From a virus: a stretch of DNA of 64,000 nucleotides. Positions 26,701 to 35,706 of this stretch are shown piece after piece. The DNA is taken from IMG/VR virus record IMGVR_UViG_3300012665_000925, positions 1-64,000 of that record. One strand, 5' to 3'. How positions within the stretch are numbered: position 1 is the stretch's first letter; each line of letters opens with the position of its first letter. The notes under the pieces are model-generated. The model saw only the letters and a program-made list of their open reading frames with translations. It was not told the DNA's origin and ran no database searches. Made by a program: the position numbers and the translations under genes.

Positions 26701-27016
26701 TAATGCTGATGCTAAGCAGGTTGGTCAGGCTAAGCAAGCTGGTGTCGCTAAAGACAAGGCTCAGAAGTCTGCCAAGGTAAATGCTGATGCTAAAGAGGTA
26801 GGCGAGGCTAAAAAAGCTTCCCAAGCTAAGGAAACTCCTAAGCCTTTCTTTACTCCAATAAAACCAGCAACCCCTAAGTCTCTACTTAAGCCACTACCTG
26901 CAAAACAGCCACAGAAGGATGCTGTTAAGGATGCACTAGATGGTCTGAAAGACCGTACTGCTTACAAGCAGGAGATTTTCAAACGAGGCAAGGCTGGGGC
27001 TAGGAAACGCAAATAG
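23741..27016 (+). CDS. Multidomain head-module protein with LysM domain and Lys/Ala-rich tandem repeats
   Basis: IAWALWGG head-morphogenesis-like domain; APRDATGQF; LysM YVVKKGDSLWSIA...LIYSGEKVNLP. Confidence 0.85.
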   Translation: MVEFIGRNGNLALFSNDAEAVVINTDLNLVVGVGDHAALSSARVWEPTEETFSNSVVELASGAVTTLDINVITASARMYTIPDGAKAEAKKALEWRKEEKRGGTPVGLNTARTLAKGGQIGIEKVRHIAKYFARHEVDKKGKGYKPGDDGFPSNGRIAWALWGGDTAWRWAKAIVERENKKAVTAGGYALPGYRDNIETYKTSDSYDSELDAFKSAHTLDPEYGPEFMARVRMDGSGVDRLYKVDFDGTVAVWDGMGWDTLGHVDGDIWTYDNALDDPYDHCEKDHFVIDPESAVYISARMQQDPFGRVSIEEMDPDEANLFSEAAAGEDWDLVDYAVAASGALVAFIGAETGKGPKPAGATKAGDGKYTTAERSNIAKGAPRDATGQFAKTGGRAVVGNDTANGAGTIVGRSASTPGNILFKSDKTGETVDIPAKFTTPEDKVAPPAPAVDYGAPLDVSGILGEPRAPQGQTVQLPGTMEPITSQDLGQMLGDWDTYVQEARDSFTGKATDDEVRQYAKDTNQKIREVPTVVEGKATSIKDGKFVVESIPDPVITDDANPDNATAPGMIKAQALRKPILFEEPATPPTPNEQLRGVKNAERSADSAKAKAATAAQEKLRKAKNADRQAEKAPVGQSEKLRNVKNAERSADSAKAKEAAKAQERLRQAKNADRAAEKTPVGQSEKLRQVKNAERSADSKKIKAEADARERLRQAKNADRQAEKTPLGPNEKLRQVKNAERSADSKKIKAEADARERLRQAKNAERATPKPGLDRTERMKPKPDAQSGKYVVKKGDSLWSIAEKNKPKGSSTAEYWAKVMKANPKGNFKSGNPSLIYSGEKVNLPGYNAPSAPKMTPAQKRNADAKQYGQGILAGKAKAKAESDKRNADAKAYGEGKLAGIAKDKAQKSAKANADAKEYGEGKLAGIAKAKAESAKRNADAKEIGEAKKAGIAKGEAQKSAKANADAKEVGTAKLDAAAKVKADNAKRNADAKQVGQAKQAGVAKDKAQKSAKVNADAKEVGEAKKASQAKETPKPFFTPIKPATPKSLLKPLPAKQPQKDAVKDALDGLKDRTAYKQEIFKRGKAGARKRK

Positions 27017-27073
27017 CCTTCCCAGAGCCAAAGTATACTAATAGTAGCGTTTTTATTTAGAAAAGGTAGTAAA

Positions 27074-30000
27074 TTGGCAGAAGAAACTAAGCCTGTACCA
27101 GCAGCAGCTCCCGTAGCTGCGCCTGCTGCAACGCCAGTCGACCCTACCAACTCTGACGTACCTCCAGTTTACCTAGCTATCGTCTCTCCTGACGACCCTA
27201 ATGCTGTTATGTCAGTGGTTGCTCTGGTTCCAGAGGACACACAGTCGACCGCCCCTATGACTTTCAAGCGAGAGAAAGGTGTCTGGACCAAAGATGAGCA
27301 GATTCTACGCGACCTTAAGTCCGCGACTCCACCACCTGTTGTACCTCTTGACGCTTCTGTTCTAAATAACGTACTTCAGCAGGTAGACAAGACCAGCCCA
27401 GCAGTTACCGCATCGGGACTTATTCCGCTATTTGACCTCAGGGACATATTTAAGGTTGACTATGTCAGCCCATTCGATGCTTTGGTAGCTTCTGTAATGT
27501 CTGGCAACTCTGACTTCGATGTTCTAGCAGATGAAGATGACTATTTTTCTCTACTCTCTAATGAAGAGTACGCAATGCTTGAAGCAGAAGGTCTTCTAGA
27601 AGACTTCTCTACGCAGACTGGTGTAACCGAGCACGCAGCCGAGGACCCTTGCTGGGATGGCTACAAGCAAATAGGTTTCAAGGACAAGAATGGGAAGCAC
27701 GTTCCTAACTGCGTAAAAGCAAATAACAGCATGACCGCCGCTGGTGGCGCAGACCGCAACCGTGGCAACGCCGAGAAGCTACGCCGCTACTGGACCAGGG
27801 GCAAGGGTGCTGCAAAGATTCGTTGGGGCACTCCTGGCGACTGGACTCGTTGCGTCCGTCAACTTTCAAAGTACATGGGCGTTCGCGCGAAGGGCTACTG
27901 CCAACTTCGCCACAAGGAAGTAACTGGTATCTACACTGGTGACCGAAACAACCCTGGCAATGACAACGCATTCTCTGAGAAAGTAATCGAGCGTGCATTC
28001 CTAACGGCAGAAGCCAACAAGGCTCGTGCTCGTATGTCTATGGTTGCTGCCGCGGAGTCTACTGCTATGGGTTCTGCATTCACTATCCCGCTAGTTCTCC
28101 CTGAGGAAGTCGAGTCTGGAGACGGACGTAGCTTCAAGCCAGGCGTTGTCGAGATTCGTGATTTGCCTCTACCACTTATGTGGCAGTACAAAACTGGCGA
28201 TGGACATTCTGGCTCGGTTGTAGTCGGACGTATCGACGGCATGGAGCGTGTAGAGGGTGGGATTGGAAATGCTTATGGAGTATTTGACAATGGCCCTCAC
28301 GGTCGTGAAGCAGAGCGTCTTATCCGTAATGGATTCCTTCGTGGCGTATCTGCAGACCTTGACCAGTTCGAGGCAAAAGAGAGCAAGCCTGAAGCTGGAA
28401 TGGAAGACAGCAAAGACGAAGAAATGGGTAAAACCAAACTAAGCATTAGCCATGCACGAATCATGGCCGTAACCATCGTACCTAAGCCAGCTTTCCAGGA
28501 GTGCGTAATCACCCTGGAAAACGCTGAACCACAGGAGGAAGAAATGTCCCCAGAAGACGGCGTCTATGAAGAGTCAGTCGATGTACAGCCAGAGATGGCA
28601 ATAACTGCATCTGGCTTCTTGTCATCGCCAATCCCAGTAGTACCACCTACAGACTGGTTCAAAGACCCTGGCCTTGACAAGCCAACCCCACTTACTATCA
28701 CAGACGACGGTCGTGTCTATGGTCACGTTGCTGCATGGCACGTAAACCACATCGGACTACCTAACAACACCAAGCCACCTCGCTCACGCAGCAAGTACGC
28801 ATACTTCCACACTGGCGTTGTACGCACAGATGCTGGTAAGGATGTTCCAGTTGGTCAGCTTACTCTTGCTGGCGGACACGCTTCACTACACGCAAGCGCA
28901 GCTGCAGCCGCTAAGCACTACGATGACACTGCATCTGCAATCGCTGACGTACACGCTGGCGAAGACAAGCACGGCATCTGGGTAGCTGGTTCACTACGCC
29001 CAGAAGCAACCGAGGCTCAGATTCGCTCACTACGTGCTTCTGCACCTTCAGGTGACTGGCGTCCAGTAGGCGGAGCACTCGAGCTTGTCGCTGTATGTCA
29101 GGTAAACGTTCCTGGTTTCCCAATCGCTCGTGCTCTTATGGCTTCTGGCTCAGTTGTTGCTCTTGTAGCTGCTGGTGCATTTGAAATGGCTATGCTCCGT
29201 AACGATGTCGCTGGTCGACTATCCGCTAAGGCTGAAGCACTAGGTGCTCTAAGCGCAAGCGTTGAGACCATGAGCATTCGCGAGCGCATCGAAGCTAAGC
29301 GAATTGACGCTGAGTTTGGTTACATCTCCCGCGATGAGCGTGAAAAGCTAGCTGAGAAGGGTGAGGCCATGAAAGACGGCTCTTTCCCAATCCGCAATGT
29401 TGACGACCTGAAGAACGCTATCTCTTCTTACGGACGTTCAAAAGAATCAGAGCGTGCGGCCGTTCGTCGTCACATCTCGAAGCGTGCGAACGCTCTCAAG
29501 GTTCGTCACATGATTCCTGAAGAGTGGAAGAGCCTATCTTCTAAAGAAGCAGAGTTCGCAGTAAGCGACCTACGCTCGCGTATCTCAGCAATTACTGCTG
29601 GTGTTCCAGCTCCTATCGAAGTTAGCGACACTGACATTCAGAAGCTAGCAGATGCTAAGCGTGCTGCTGACATCGAACAAGAACAGATTGCTGCTGAAAT
29701 CGAAGCTCGTAAGTCTGGCGAAGAAACTGTAGTAGACAAGATTGACCCTGAGACTGGTCTAACTAAGTTCATTCCTGGTAAGACTCAGCCTCGCGATGCT
29801 GGAGGCAAGTTCCGTAAGGTTCTTGCTCGCCTAAAGCAGGACCTCGGTGTTGCTGGTCTCCAGGAAGCATTGAAGCAGGTAGAGGACACAGAGAACCTAG
29901 AGTTCGCTGGTAACTACACTCAGGCTGCAAAGTCTGCAGATGCCTTGCTTAATACCATTGACCGTCTCAACACAGGTGCTCTAGACGCAACTAAGCTTGA

Positions 30001-30274
30001 GAACGTAAGAACTACCGCTGGAGAACTTGGAAAAGTGATTGCCAACCTACCGTTGCCATTCAACAACCAGGCCCAGAAGGTAAAATTTTCTGACCTTCCT
30101 CCTGCATTGAAGAAACTCATGGATGACATGATTACTCGTGTAGAAGCGAAGATTGGTAAAAAGGACGCTGGTGCTGCAACCGCAGAACTTAAGTCCTACA
30201 TGTCGGGTGCAGACCTATATAGCCAATCCGAGATTTCATCTCGTATGGCTACACTGCTCCGACTCCTTACCTAA
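27074..30274 (+). CDS. Capsid maturation (prohead) protease, multidomain fusion
   Basis: LPLPLMWQ..GHSGSVVVGRID..LRGVSADLD..VTIVPKPAF HK97-type protease motifs; extra PCWDGY..VPNCV, LRRYW..IRWGTPGDWTRC and DGSFPIRNVDDLKNAI domains. Confidence 0.85.
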   Translation: MAEETKPVPAAAPVAAPAATPVDPTNSDVPPVYLAIVSPDDPNAVMSVVALVPEDTQSTAPMTFKREKGVWTKDEQILRDLKSATPPPVVPLDASVLNNVLQQVDKTSPAVTASGLIPLFDLRDIFKVDYVSPFDALVASVMSGNSDFDVLADEDDYFSLLSNEEYAMLEAEGLLEDFSTQTGVTEHAAEDPCWDGYKQIGFKDKNGKHVPNCVKANNSMTAAGGADRNRGNAEKLRRYWTRGKGAAKIRWGTPGDWTRCVRQLSKYMGVRAKGYCQLRHKEVTGIYTGDRNNPGNDNAFSEKVIERAFLTAEANKARARMSMVAAAESTAMGSAFTIPLVLPEEVESGDGRSFKPGVVEIRDLPLPLMWQYKTGDGHSGSVVVGRIDGMERVEGGIGNAYGVFDNGPHGREAERLIRNGFLRGVSADLDQFEAKESKPEAGMEDSKDEEMGKTKLSISHARIMAVTIVPKPAFQECVITLENAEPQEEEMSPEDGVYEESVDVQPEMAITASGFLSSPIPVVPPTDWFKDPGLDKPTPLTITDDGRVYGHVAAWHVNHIGLPNNTKPPRSRSKYAYFHTGVVRTDAGKDVPVGQLTLAGGHASLHASAAAAAKHYDDTASAIADVHAGEDKHGIWVAGSLRPEATEAQIRSLRASAPSGDWRPVGGALELVAVCQVNVPGFPIARALMASGSVVALVAAGAFEMAMLRNDVAGRLSAKAEALGALSASVETMSIRERIEAKRIDAEFGYISRDEREKLAEKGEAMKDGSFPIRNVDDLKNAISSYGRSKESERAAVRRHISKRANALKVRHMIPEEWKSLSSKEAEFAVSDLRSRISAITAGVPAPIEVSDTDIQKLADAKRAADIEQEQIAAEIEARKSGEETVVDKIDPETGLTKFIPGKTQPRDAGGKFRKVLARLKQDLGVAGLQEALKQVEDTENLEFAGNYTQAAKSADALLNTIDRLNTGALDATKLENVRTTAGELGKVIANLPLPFNNQAQKVKFSDLPPALKKLMDDMITRVEAKIGKKDAGAATAELKSYMSGADLYSQSEISSRMATLLRLLT

Positions 30275-30402
30275 AAAGTAAGGTAAAATTAGTTATAGGT
30301 GGAGTGCCTCCACGCCTTGTTGCGTGTTAGTCCCTCGGCCTGACTGTTCACCCAGAGTGCAATCCCGCACTCGAAAGTAAATAACTGGCCTAAGGAGGTA
30401 CA

Positions 30403-32367
30403 GTGGACAACATCAAGACGCAGCTCGATACTTTGGCTGAACTCAGCGATGAACAACTCGCAGAGCTACAGACATCTATCGTTAGCGAATTTGAGAACGT
30501 CGAAGGCGAAGAGCCCACTCCCGAGACAGTTGATGCCATGACGTCACTTGCTGACTCTCTTGACACAGTACGAGGTGAGCTTTCGCGCCGCGAGGTGCAG
30601 GCTGCCGAGCTAGCACAGGCAGCAGCCGACGCTACCGCACGTGTTAAGGGGTCAGATGACGCCGAAAGCAATGGAGAGGTTATGACCGACAATTCAGAAG
30701 AAGCCGCAGTGGAAGAAGTTCCAACTGAGGACATGCCAGTAGAGGATGCTCCTGTAGAGGAAGCACCAGCTATGGACGAGCCAGCAGAGACCCCAGCTCT
30801 TGAAGAAGAGCCTGGACAGGTTGAAGAAGGCACCGCTGAAGAAGAGGTTGAAGAAACCCCTGCTGACGAGGAAGAAGAGAAGAAGAAGGAAGCTTCAGAA
30901 TACTCTTCAGAATCAGAAGACGCATCAACAACTCAGGAAGATGGTTCTGAACTATCGACTACAGATGGAGAAGCTGCCGATGCAGTTGCTCCAGCAGAAG
31001 TATCGGAGGCAGTCGTTGAGGCTGTTGAAGGTTCTGAAGCATCAACCCTAGAAACAACACCTATTGCTCAAGACGAGCAGGAAGAGCAGGCAACTGTGAC
31101 CGCATCAGCTGAAGAGAGCTTCTCAGCTCCAGCAGACCGTCAGCCTGTTATCCAGGTCAATGAAGTGGCTCCAGTGGCAATCACTGCAGGCGCTGACATC
31201 CCAGGATACACAGCTGGCTCAACAATCAACGATATGAACGAAGTAGCTCAGGCTATGGAAAAGCGTATCCACTCACTTCGCCGTGTAAACGGTGGAGATG
31301 GCGAGCAGCACATTGTTGCTTCGCTAACAACCCAGTACGGTGAAGGCCGTACCCTTGGAACTGACGCTGAGTCAAACCAGGCTAAGATTAACGCCGTTGT
31401 CGGCCAGGAAGCACTTGTTGCTTCTGGTGGTCACGCTGCGCCATTCGAGGTCAAGTATGACATCTACGGAATCGGTTCTACTACTGTTCGTCCAGTTCGT
31501 GACTCGCTACCTAAGTTCCAGGCTGACCGCGGCGGTATCCGCTTCGTAACTCCACCAAGCTTTGCTTCTGGTGCTTACGACTCAGCTGTTGGTCTTTGGA
31601 CTGCAGCAACTGACACAACCCCATACAGCAACACTAAGTCATCACTTACTGTTACTGCAGCTCAGGAGAACACCGTCTCAACAGACGCTGTAACCCTACA
31701 GCTACAGTTCGGTAACCTAATGACACGTGCTTACCCAGAGCTAATTGCCCGTCACAACGAGCTAGCCCTTGTACAGCACGCTCGTGAGGCTGAGCAGAAC
31801 ATCATCAGCAAGATTGGTAACGCTTCTACAGCTGTTACCTCGACTTCAACCATTGGTTTTGGTCGTGACTTCCTGGTGCAGGTTCGTCGTGCAGCTGTTG
31901 CTTACCGCAACCGTCACCGTATCGACAAGAACACTCAGCTTAAGGCTATTGTTCCTGACTGGGTATACGATGCAATCGCAGCTGACCTAACCTTGGCTAT
32001 GCCAGGCGACGGTACTCTGTCAGTTTCTGAGTCAGAAATCAACGGCTACCTTGCTAACAGCAACGTAACCATGGTTGGCTCACCTGACGCAACTGTATTC
32101 GGTTCGCAGGGTGCTGGTGCTATGACTGCATTCCCATCAACCTTCGACTGGTTCCTATTCGCTGAAGGAACATTCTTGTTCCTAGACGGTGGAACTCTGG
32201 ACCTTGGAATCATTCGTGACTCGACTCTTGTCGGCACAAACGACTACAAGATGTTCATCGAAACATTTGAAGGTGTTGCCAAGGTTGGTATTGAGTCGCT
32301 AAAGATTACCTCGACATTCGTTGTCAAGGGAACTGCAGCTGCTCTAGTTACCGCTGTAGGTTACTAA
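30403..32367 (+). CDS. Major capsid (hexamer) protein with N-terminal scaffold-like acidic region
   Basis: AAGGAGG RBS; LVASGG junction, DRGGIRF and LDLGIIRDSTL..TNDY motifs of cluster B-like actinophage capsids. Confidence 0.85.
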   Translation: MDNIKTQLDTLAELSDEQLAELQTSIVSEFENVEGEEPTPETVDAMTSLADSLDTVRGELSRREVQAAELAQAAADATARVKGSDDAESNGEVMTDNSEEAAVEEVPTEDMPVEDAPVEEAPAMDEPAETPALEEEPGQVEEGTAEEEVEETPADEEEEKKKEASEYSSESEDASTTQEDGSELSTTDGEAADAVAPAEVSEAVVEAVEGSEASTLETTPIAQDEQEEQATVTASAEESFSAPADRQPVIQVNEVAPVAITAGADIPGYTAGSTINDMNEVAQAMEKRIHSLRRVNGGDGEQHIVASLTTQYGEGRTLGTDAESNQAKINAVVGQEALVASGGHAAPFEVKYDIYGIGSTTVRPVRDSLPKFQADRGGIRFVTPPSFASGAYDSAVGLWTAATDTTPYSNTKSSLTVTAAQENTVSTDAVTLQLQFGNLMTRAYPELIARHNELALVQHAREAEQNIISKIGNASTAVTSTSTIGFGRDFLVQVRRAAVAYRNRHRIDKNTQLKAIVPDWVYDAIAADLTLAMPGDGTLSVSESEINGYLANSNVTMVGSPDATVFGSQGAGAMTAFPSTFDWFLFAEGTFLFLDGGTLDLGIIRDSTLVGTNDYKMFIETFEGVAKVGIESLKITSTFVVKGTAAALVTAVGY

Positions 32368-32376
32368 ACCCGATTG

Positions 32377-32406
32377 TTGCGGGGGGCCTGGAAACGGGCC
32401 CCCCAA
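32377..32406 (+). terminator. GC-rich hairpin after the capsid gene
   Basis: GGGGGGCCTG-GAAA-CGGGCCCCCC. Confidence 0.6.
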
Positions 32407-32445
32407 TACAGCAAAAAAGATAAACTTTTAAACTAAGGATTTCAG

Positions 32446-33321
32446 ATGGCTTTCCCAAATAATGGCGTTGTAGAGGCACCACAGATTGTGCCCTCCGCTT
32501 TTGGTCTACTTGCCGTAGTCAAGCCTGAAAACTCGACTGACGAGGGTCAATGGACTCGTGGATTTTCTCAGGAGTGGGAGACAACCCTATACTCGGCAAC
32601 AAACTGGGACGACACTGACTCTACTAGCGGTGAAGTTGTAGCCGCTGGTGCACCTACTTACTACACCGAAATCAAACCATTCTTTATTGAAGCAGAAGAG
32701 CTTCGCTCAGGTCTAGGATTCCTAGGATTAGACCGAATCGCTCGCCTAAAGCGTCAGCTAGAAGGCGTTACCCAGCACGCAATGGAAATCGAGCTATGGG
32801 ATGGAGCTGTTCGTAAGGGCGAGAGCCATGGTAACAAAGCTCTTTCGGCTGCTTCTGCAACCATTCTTAACGGTGGAACTGCTCTTTCACCACGCCGCGC
32901 ACTTGCTCTTCTAGAGCACTCTATCGGACTAGCGTCTGATGGCGGCGAGCAGGGAGTTATTCACGTAACTCGCGACGTTGCTGCTTTGTTCTCTAGCAAC
33001 TCGAACATGATTTTTCACGAAACTGAGAAAGACCACCTACAGACTATGGGCGGCACTCCAATTATCGTGGGGTCTGGCTACACAGGAACTGGACCTGATG
33101 GTGCAACTGGTGCAACTGCGTCAGCCACCAACAAATGGATTTACGCAACTGGCACCGTCCGCACTTACGTGGGCGATGTTGACGTCGTAAACGACAATCT
33201 AGCGCAAGCTTACGATGTGTCGGGAAATCAAAATGACATGAGATTGAAGGCAATTCGCCCAGCTGCGGTTTACTTCGATACATCCATCCACCTAGCTGTA
33301 CGCGTCGACTTGACTGCGTAA
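32446..33321 (+). CDS. Major capsid pentamer protein
   Basis: Position after the capsid gene; GTPIIVGSGY and WIYATGTV motifs. Confidence 0.7.
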   Translation: MAFPNNGVVEAPQIVPSAFGLLAVVKPENSTDEGQWTRGFSQEWETTLYSATNWDDTDSTSGEVVAAGAPTYYTEIKPFFIEAEELRSGLGFLGLDRIARLKRQLEGVTQHAMEIELWDGAVRKGESHGNKALSAASATILNGGTALSPRRALALLEHSIGLASDGGEQGVIHVTRDVAALFSSNSNMIFHETEKDHLQTMGGTPIIVGSGYTGTGPDGATGATASATNKWIYATGTVRTYVGDVDVVNDNLAQAYDVSGNQNDMRLKAIRPAAVYFDTSIHLAVRVDLTA

Positions 33322-33353
33322 AGCATAAACAACAACCTAAGGAGAACAGCTAA

Positions 33354-34514
33354 ATGGCTACTCAAGAATATGCTGCTAGCATCCAGGGTGTGTCGATTCG
33401 TGTCACCCGCCTGGACGCCGCTGGCAATTTGCTAACTGGCCCAGGTGACAGCTACACCACCTCGGCCTTCATGCGTGTTTCATTCACCCCAGAATATGAA
33501 GAGGGCGATGAAATCACCGAAAAGGGCGCTAACGGTGTTATCTGCGTGTCTTACAAGGCACCTGACACACTAAAGCGCATCACAATGGAACTTGCTATTT
33601 GTGAGCCAGACCCAGAGCTTTCTGCTTTGATTTCTGGTGGTCTATTGCTTCGCAAGGACCTATCAAATGGTGGAGCTTCTAACACTCGTTCAATCGGTTG
33701 GGCTGCCCCAGGCGTAGGCGATGACCCAGCTGGTAACGGTGTTGCCATCGAAGCTTGGTCACACGCTGTATCAGGCGGTAAGCGTGCTTCGGTACTTCCT
33801 TACTTCCACTGGGTATTCCCATTCGTCAAGATGCGTCAATCAGGTGACCGCGTTATCGAAAACGGTCTGATGGCTAACACTTTCGAAGGCTACGGTCTTG
33901 GAAATGCTGCTTTCGGTTCAGGTATCGATGGCCGCTGGGAGTTCCCAGTTGCTGCAGAGCGTCCATACGCTTACGCACGCACCTCATGGGCTCCAACAGG
34001 TCTATCAGGCTTCTACACCTGGTCTGACAACGCCACTGACCAGGTTGTCTTCTCGGCATCAGGTACTGGCACCAAGAACGCTACCACAGTTAAGATTGCT
34101 TCGGTTGCTGCAAGCAACGCTGCTATCGCTAACAACGTAACAGTAGTGTTCGACGCTGACCCTAAGCTAGCTATTGGTGACAAGATTAAGGTTACTGGCA
34201 TCGGTTCTCCATTCGATGGAACTGTTGACGTAGTTTACGCTAACACCACCGCTGCTACCTACACATCGCCTGTTGCTAACTCGGCATTCGACACTATTGC
34301 TACCAACACCGCTTTGGTAACCAACAGCATCGCTCGCATCCAGGTAATCAACTCGGTAACCGAGGTTCGTGTCGTAGCTAACGCTGTAACGTCGCTACTC
34401 CCAGTAACAACTGGTGAAGCATTCAACGTTCCTGGCAGCTTGACCTACAACGCTGACAACGCTATCGACAACATCATCACAGCTAACGAAACTGGCACAA
34501 CTTCAGCCAACTAA
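33354..34514 (+). CDS. Major tail (tube) protein with C-terminal extension
   Basis: IRVTRLDAAG..EEGDEITEK.ANG..C..Y...DTLKR motif of actinophage tail tubes. Confidence 0.85.
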   Translation: MATQEYAASIQGVSIRVTRLDAAGNLLTGPGDSYTTSAFMRVSFTPEYEEGDEITEKGANGVICVSYKAPDTLKRITMELAICEPDPELSALISGGLLLRKDLSNGGASNTRSIGWAAPGVGDDPAGNGVAIEAWSHAVSGGKRASVLPYFHWVFPFVKMRQSGDRVIENGLMANTFEGYGLGNAAFGSGIDGRWEFPVAAERPYAYARTSWAPTGLSGFYTWSDNATDQVVFSASGTGTKNATTVKIASVAASNAAIANNVTVVFDADPKLAIGDKIKVTGIGSPFDGTVDVVYANTTAATYTSPVANSAFDTIATNTALVTNSIARIQVINSVTEVRVVANAVTSLLPVTTGEAFNVPGSLTYNADNAIDNIITANETGTTSAN

Positions 34515-34529
34515 TTAGATAACTGAGTA

Positions 34530-34566
34530 GGGCGGTGCATCCTGTAATCGGATGTGCCGCCCGCTT
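34530..34566 (+). terminator. Hairpin terminator after the major tail gene
   Basis: GGGCGGTGCATCC/GGATGTGCCGCCC. Confidence 0.6.
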
Positions 34567-34591
34567 GGTTTAGCTACTACGAAGGATTATC

Positions 34592-35698
34592 ATGGCAAAC
34601 AATCTCTGGGTACAGCCTTCAGAGCTAGGACCATACGCTCGTACAGAGTTCGCTACAGAGGCGTGTGAAACTGCCTCGTTCCTTCTTTGGGCCATGTCTG
34701 GTCGTAAGTACACTGGCACAACCATTGTTACTGAACGCTACACCTGCGTCCTTCGCAACAACCGCATGGGTCCGTCTACTAAGACGAACTCACCAGTTCT
34801 GTTCGGTGGAGATGTCTATAACATCCCATCGGGTGACTACGACGAATACTCGGAGCTCACAGCAGACGGCCTCTCTCCCGATGCCCGAATTCGACTTCGC
34901 GGTCGCCCAGTTAGTAAAGTTATTGCTTTGCGTAACAAAATGGGTGAGCTAATTGACCCTAGCAAATACTACCTAGTAGACCACTCGACTATCCACGTTG
35001 CTGCTGGAACTGCCTGGACACCTTGTAATACAGAAATCACCTATGAGTATGGAACCCCTGTCCCAGTTGCGGGTCGCATGGCTGCTCGCACTATGGCTCT
35101 AGAGTTTGCAAAACTATGGGCTGGTGACGATGACTGTGCGTTACCTCAGCGTGTTACTTCTGTTTCACGTCAGGGTATCTCTTACACAATCTTGGATAAC
35201 CAGGAGTTCATCGAAGAACTTCGTACTGGTCTGTACGCAGTTGACTTGTTCCTTAAGACAGTCAACCCAGACAACGCTCGCAGAAAAGCTAAGGTATTTA
35301 CTCCTGATGTTCCTCGCGCTCGTCGTTACACAGCGAAGCCGCTCTACCTAACTGCTGATGCTGACTATGACGTTACCCTAGTCCGAAACACTGCTGGTAC
35401 GTGGGATGCTCCTGCCGAGGTCGACCTGACTGCACTAGTCAATAACACTGGGTGGTCTCCTCAGGTGAAACTCCGTAACTATGGAGCCACCACGACAATC
35501 GACCTAGACTCTAGCTCCATCGACCTAAACATCATAGACGAAACTATTAGTGTCACCTTCCCGTATGACAAGGTCTTCAAAGCTATCGGTATGGTTGACC
35601 CTGGTACTTGGACACTTTACGCAACTAAAACTATTGCTGGCGTAGAGAATGTGACTGAGCTTGCTACTGGCAATCTTAAAGTCGAAATGTATGGTTAG
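34592..35698 (+). CDS. Head-to-tail adaptor
   Basis: LWAMSGRKY...CALPQRVTSVSRQGISY...TGLYAVDLFL..VNP. Confidence 0.8.
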   Translation: MANNLWVQPSELGPYARTEFATEACETASFLLWAMSGRKYTGTTIVTERYTCVLRNNRMGPSTKTNSPVLFGGDVYNIPSGDYDEYSELTADGLSPDARIRLRGRPVSKVIALRNKMGELIDPSKYYLVDHSTIHVAAGTAWTPCNTEITYEYGTPVPVAGRMAARTMALEFAKLWAGDDDCALPQRVTSVSRQGISYTILDNQEFIEELRTGLYAVDLFLKTVNPDNARRKAKVFTPDVPRARRYTAKPLYLTADADYDVTLVRNTAGTWDAPAEVDLTALVNNTGWSPQVKLRNYGATTTIDLDSSSIDLNIIDETISVTFPYDKVFKAIGMVDPGTWTLYATKTIAGVENVTELATGNLKVEMYG

Positions 35699-35706
35699 GA
35701 GAGACC

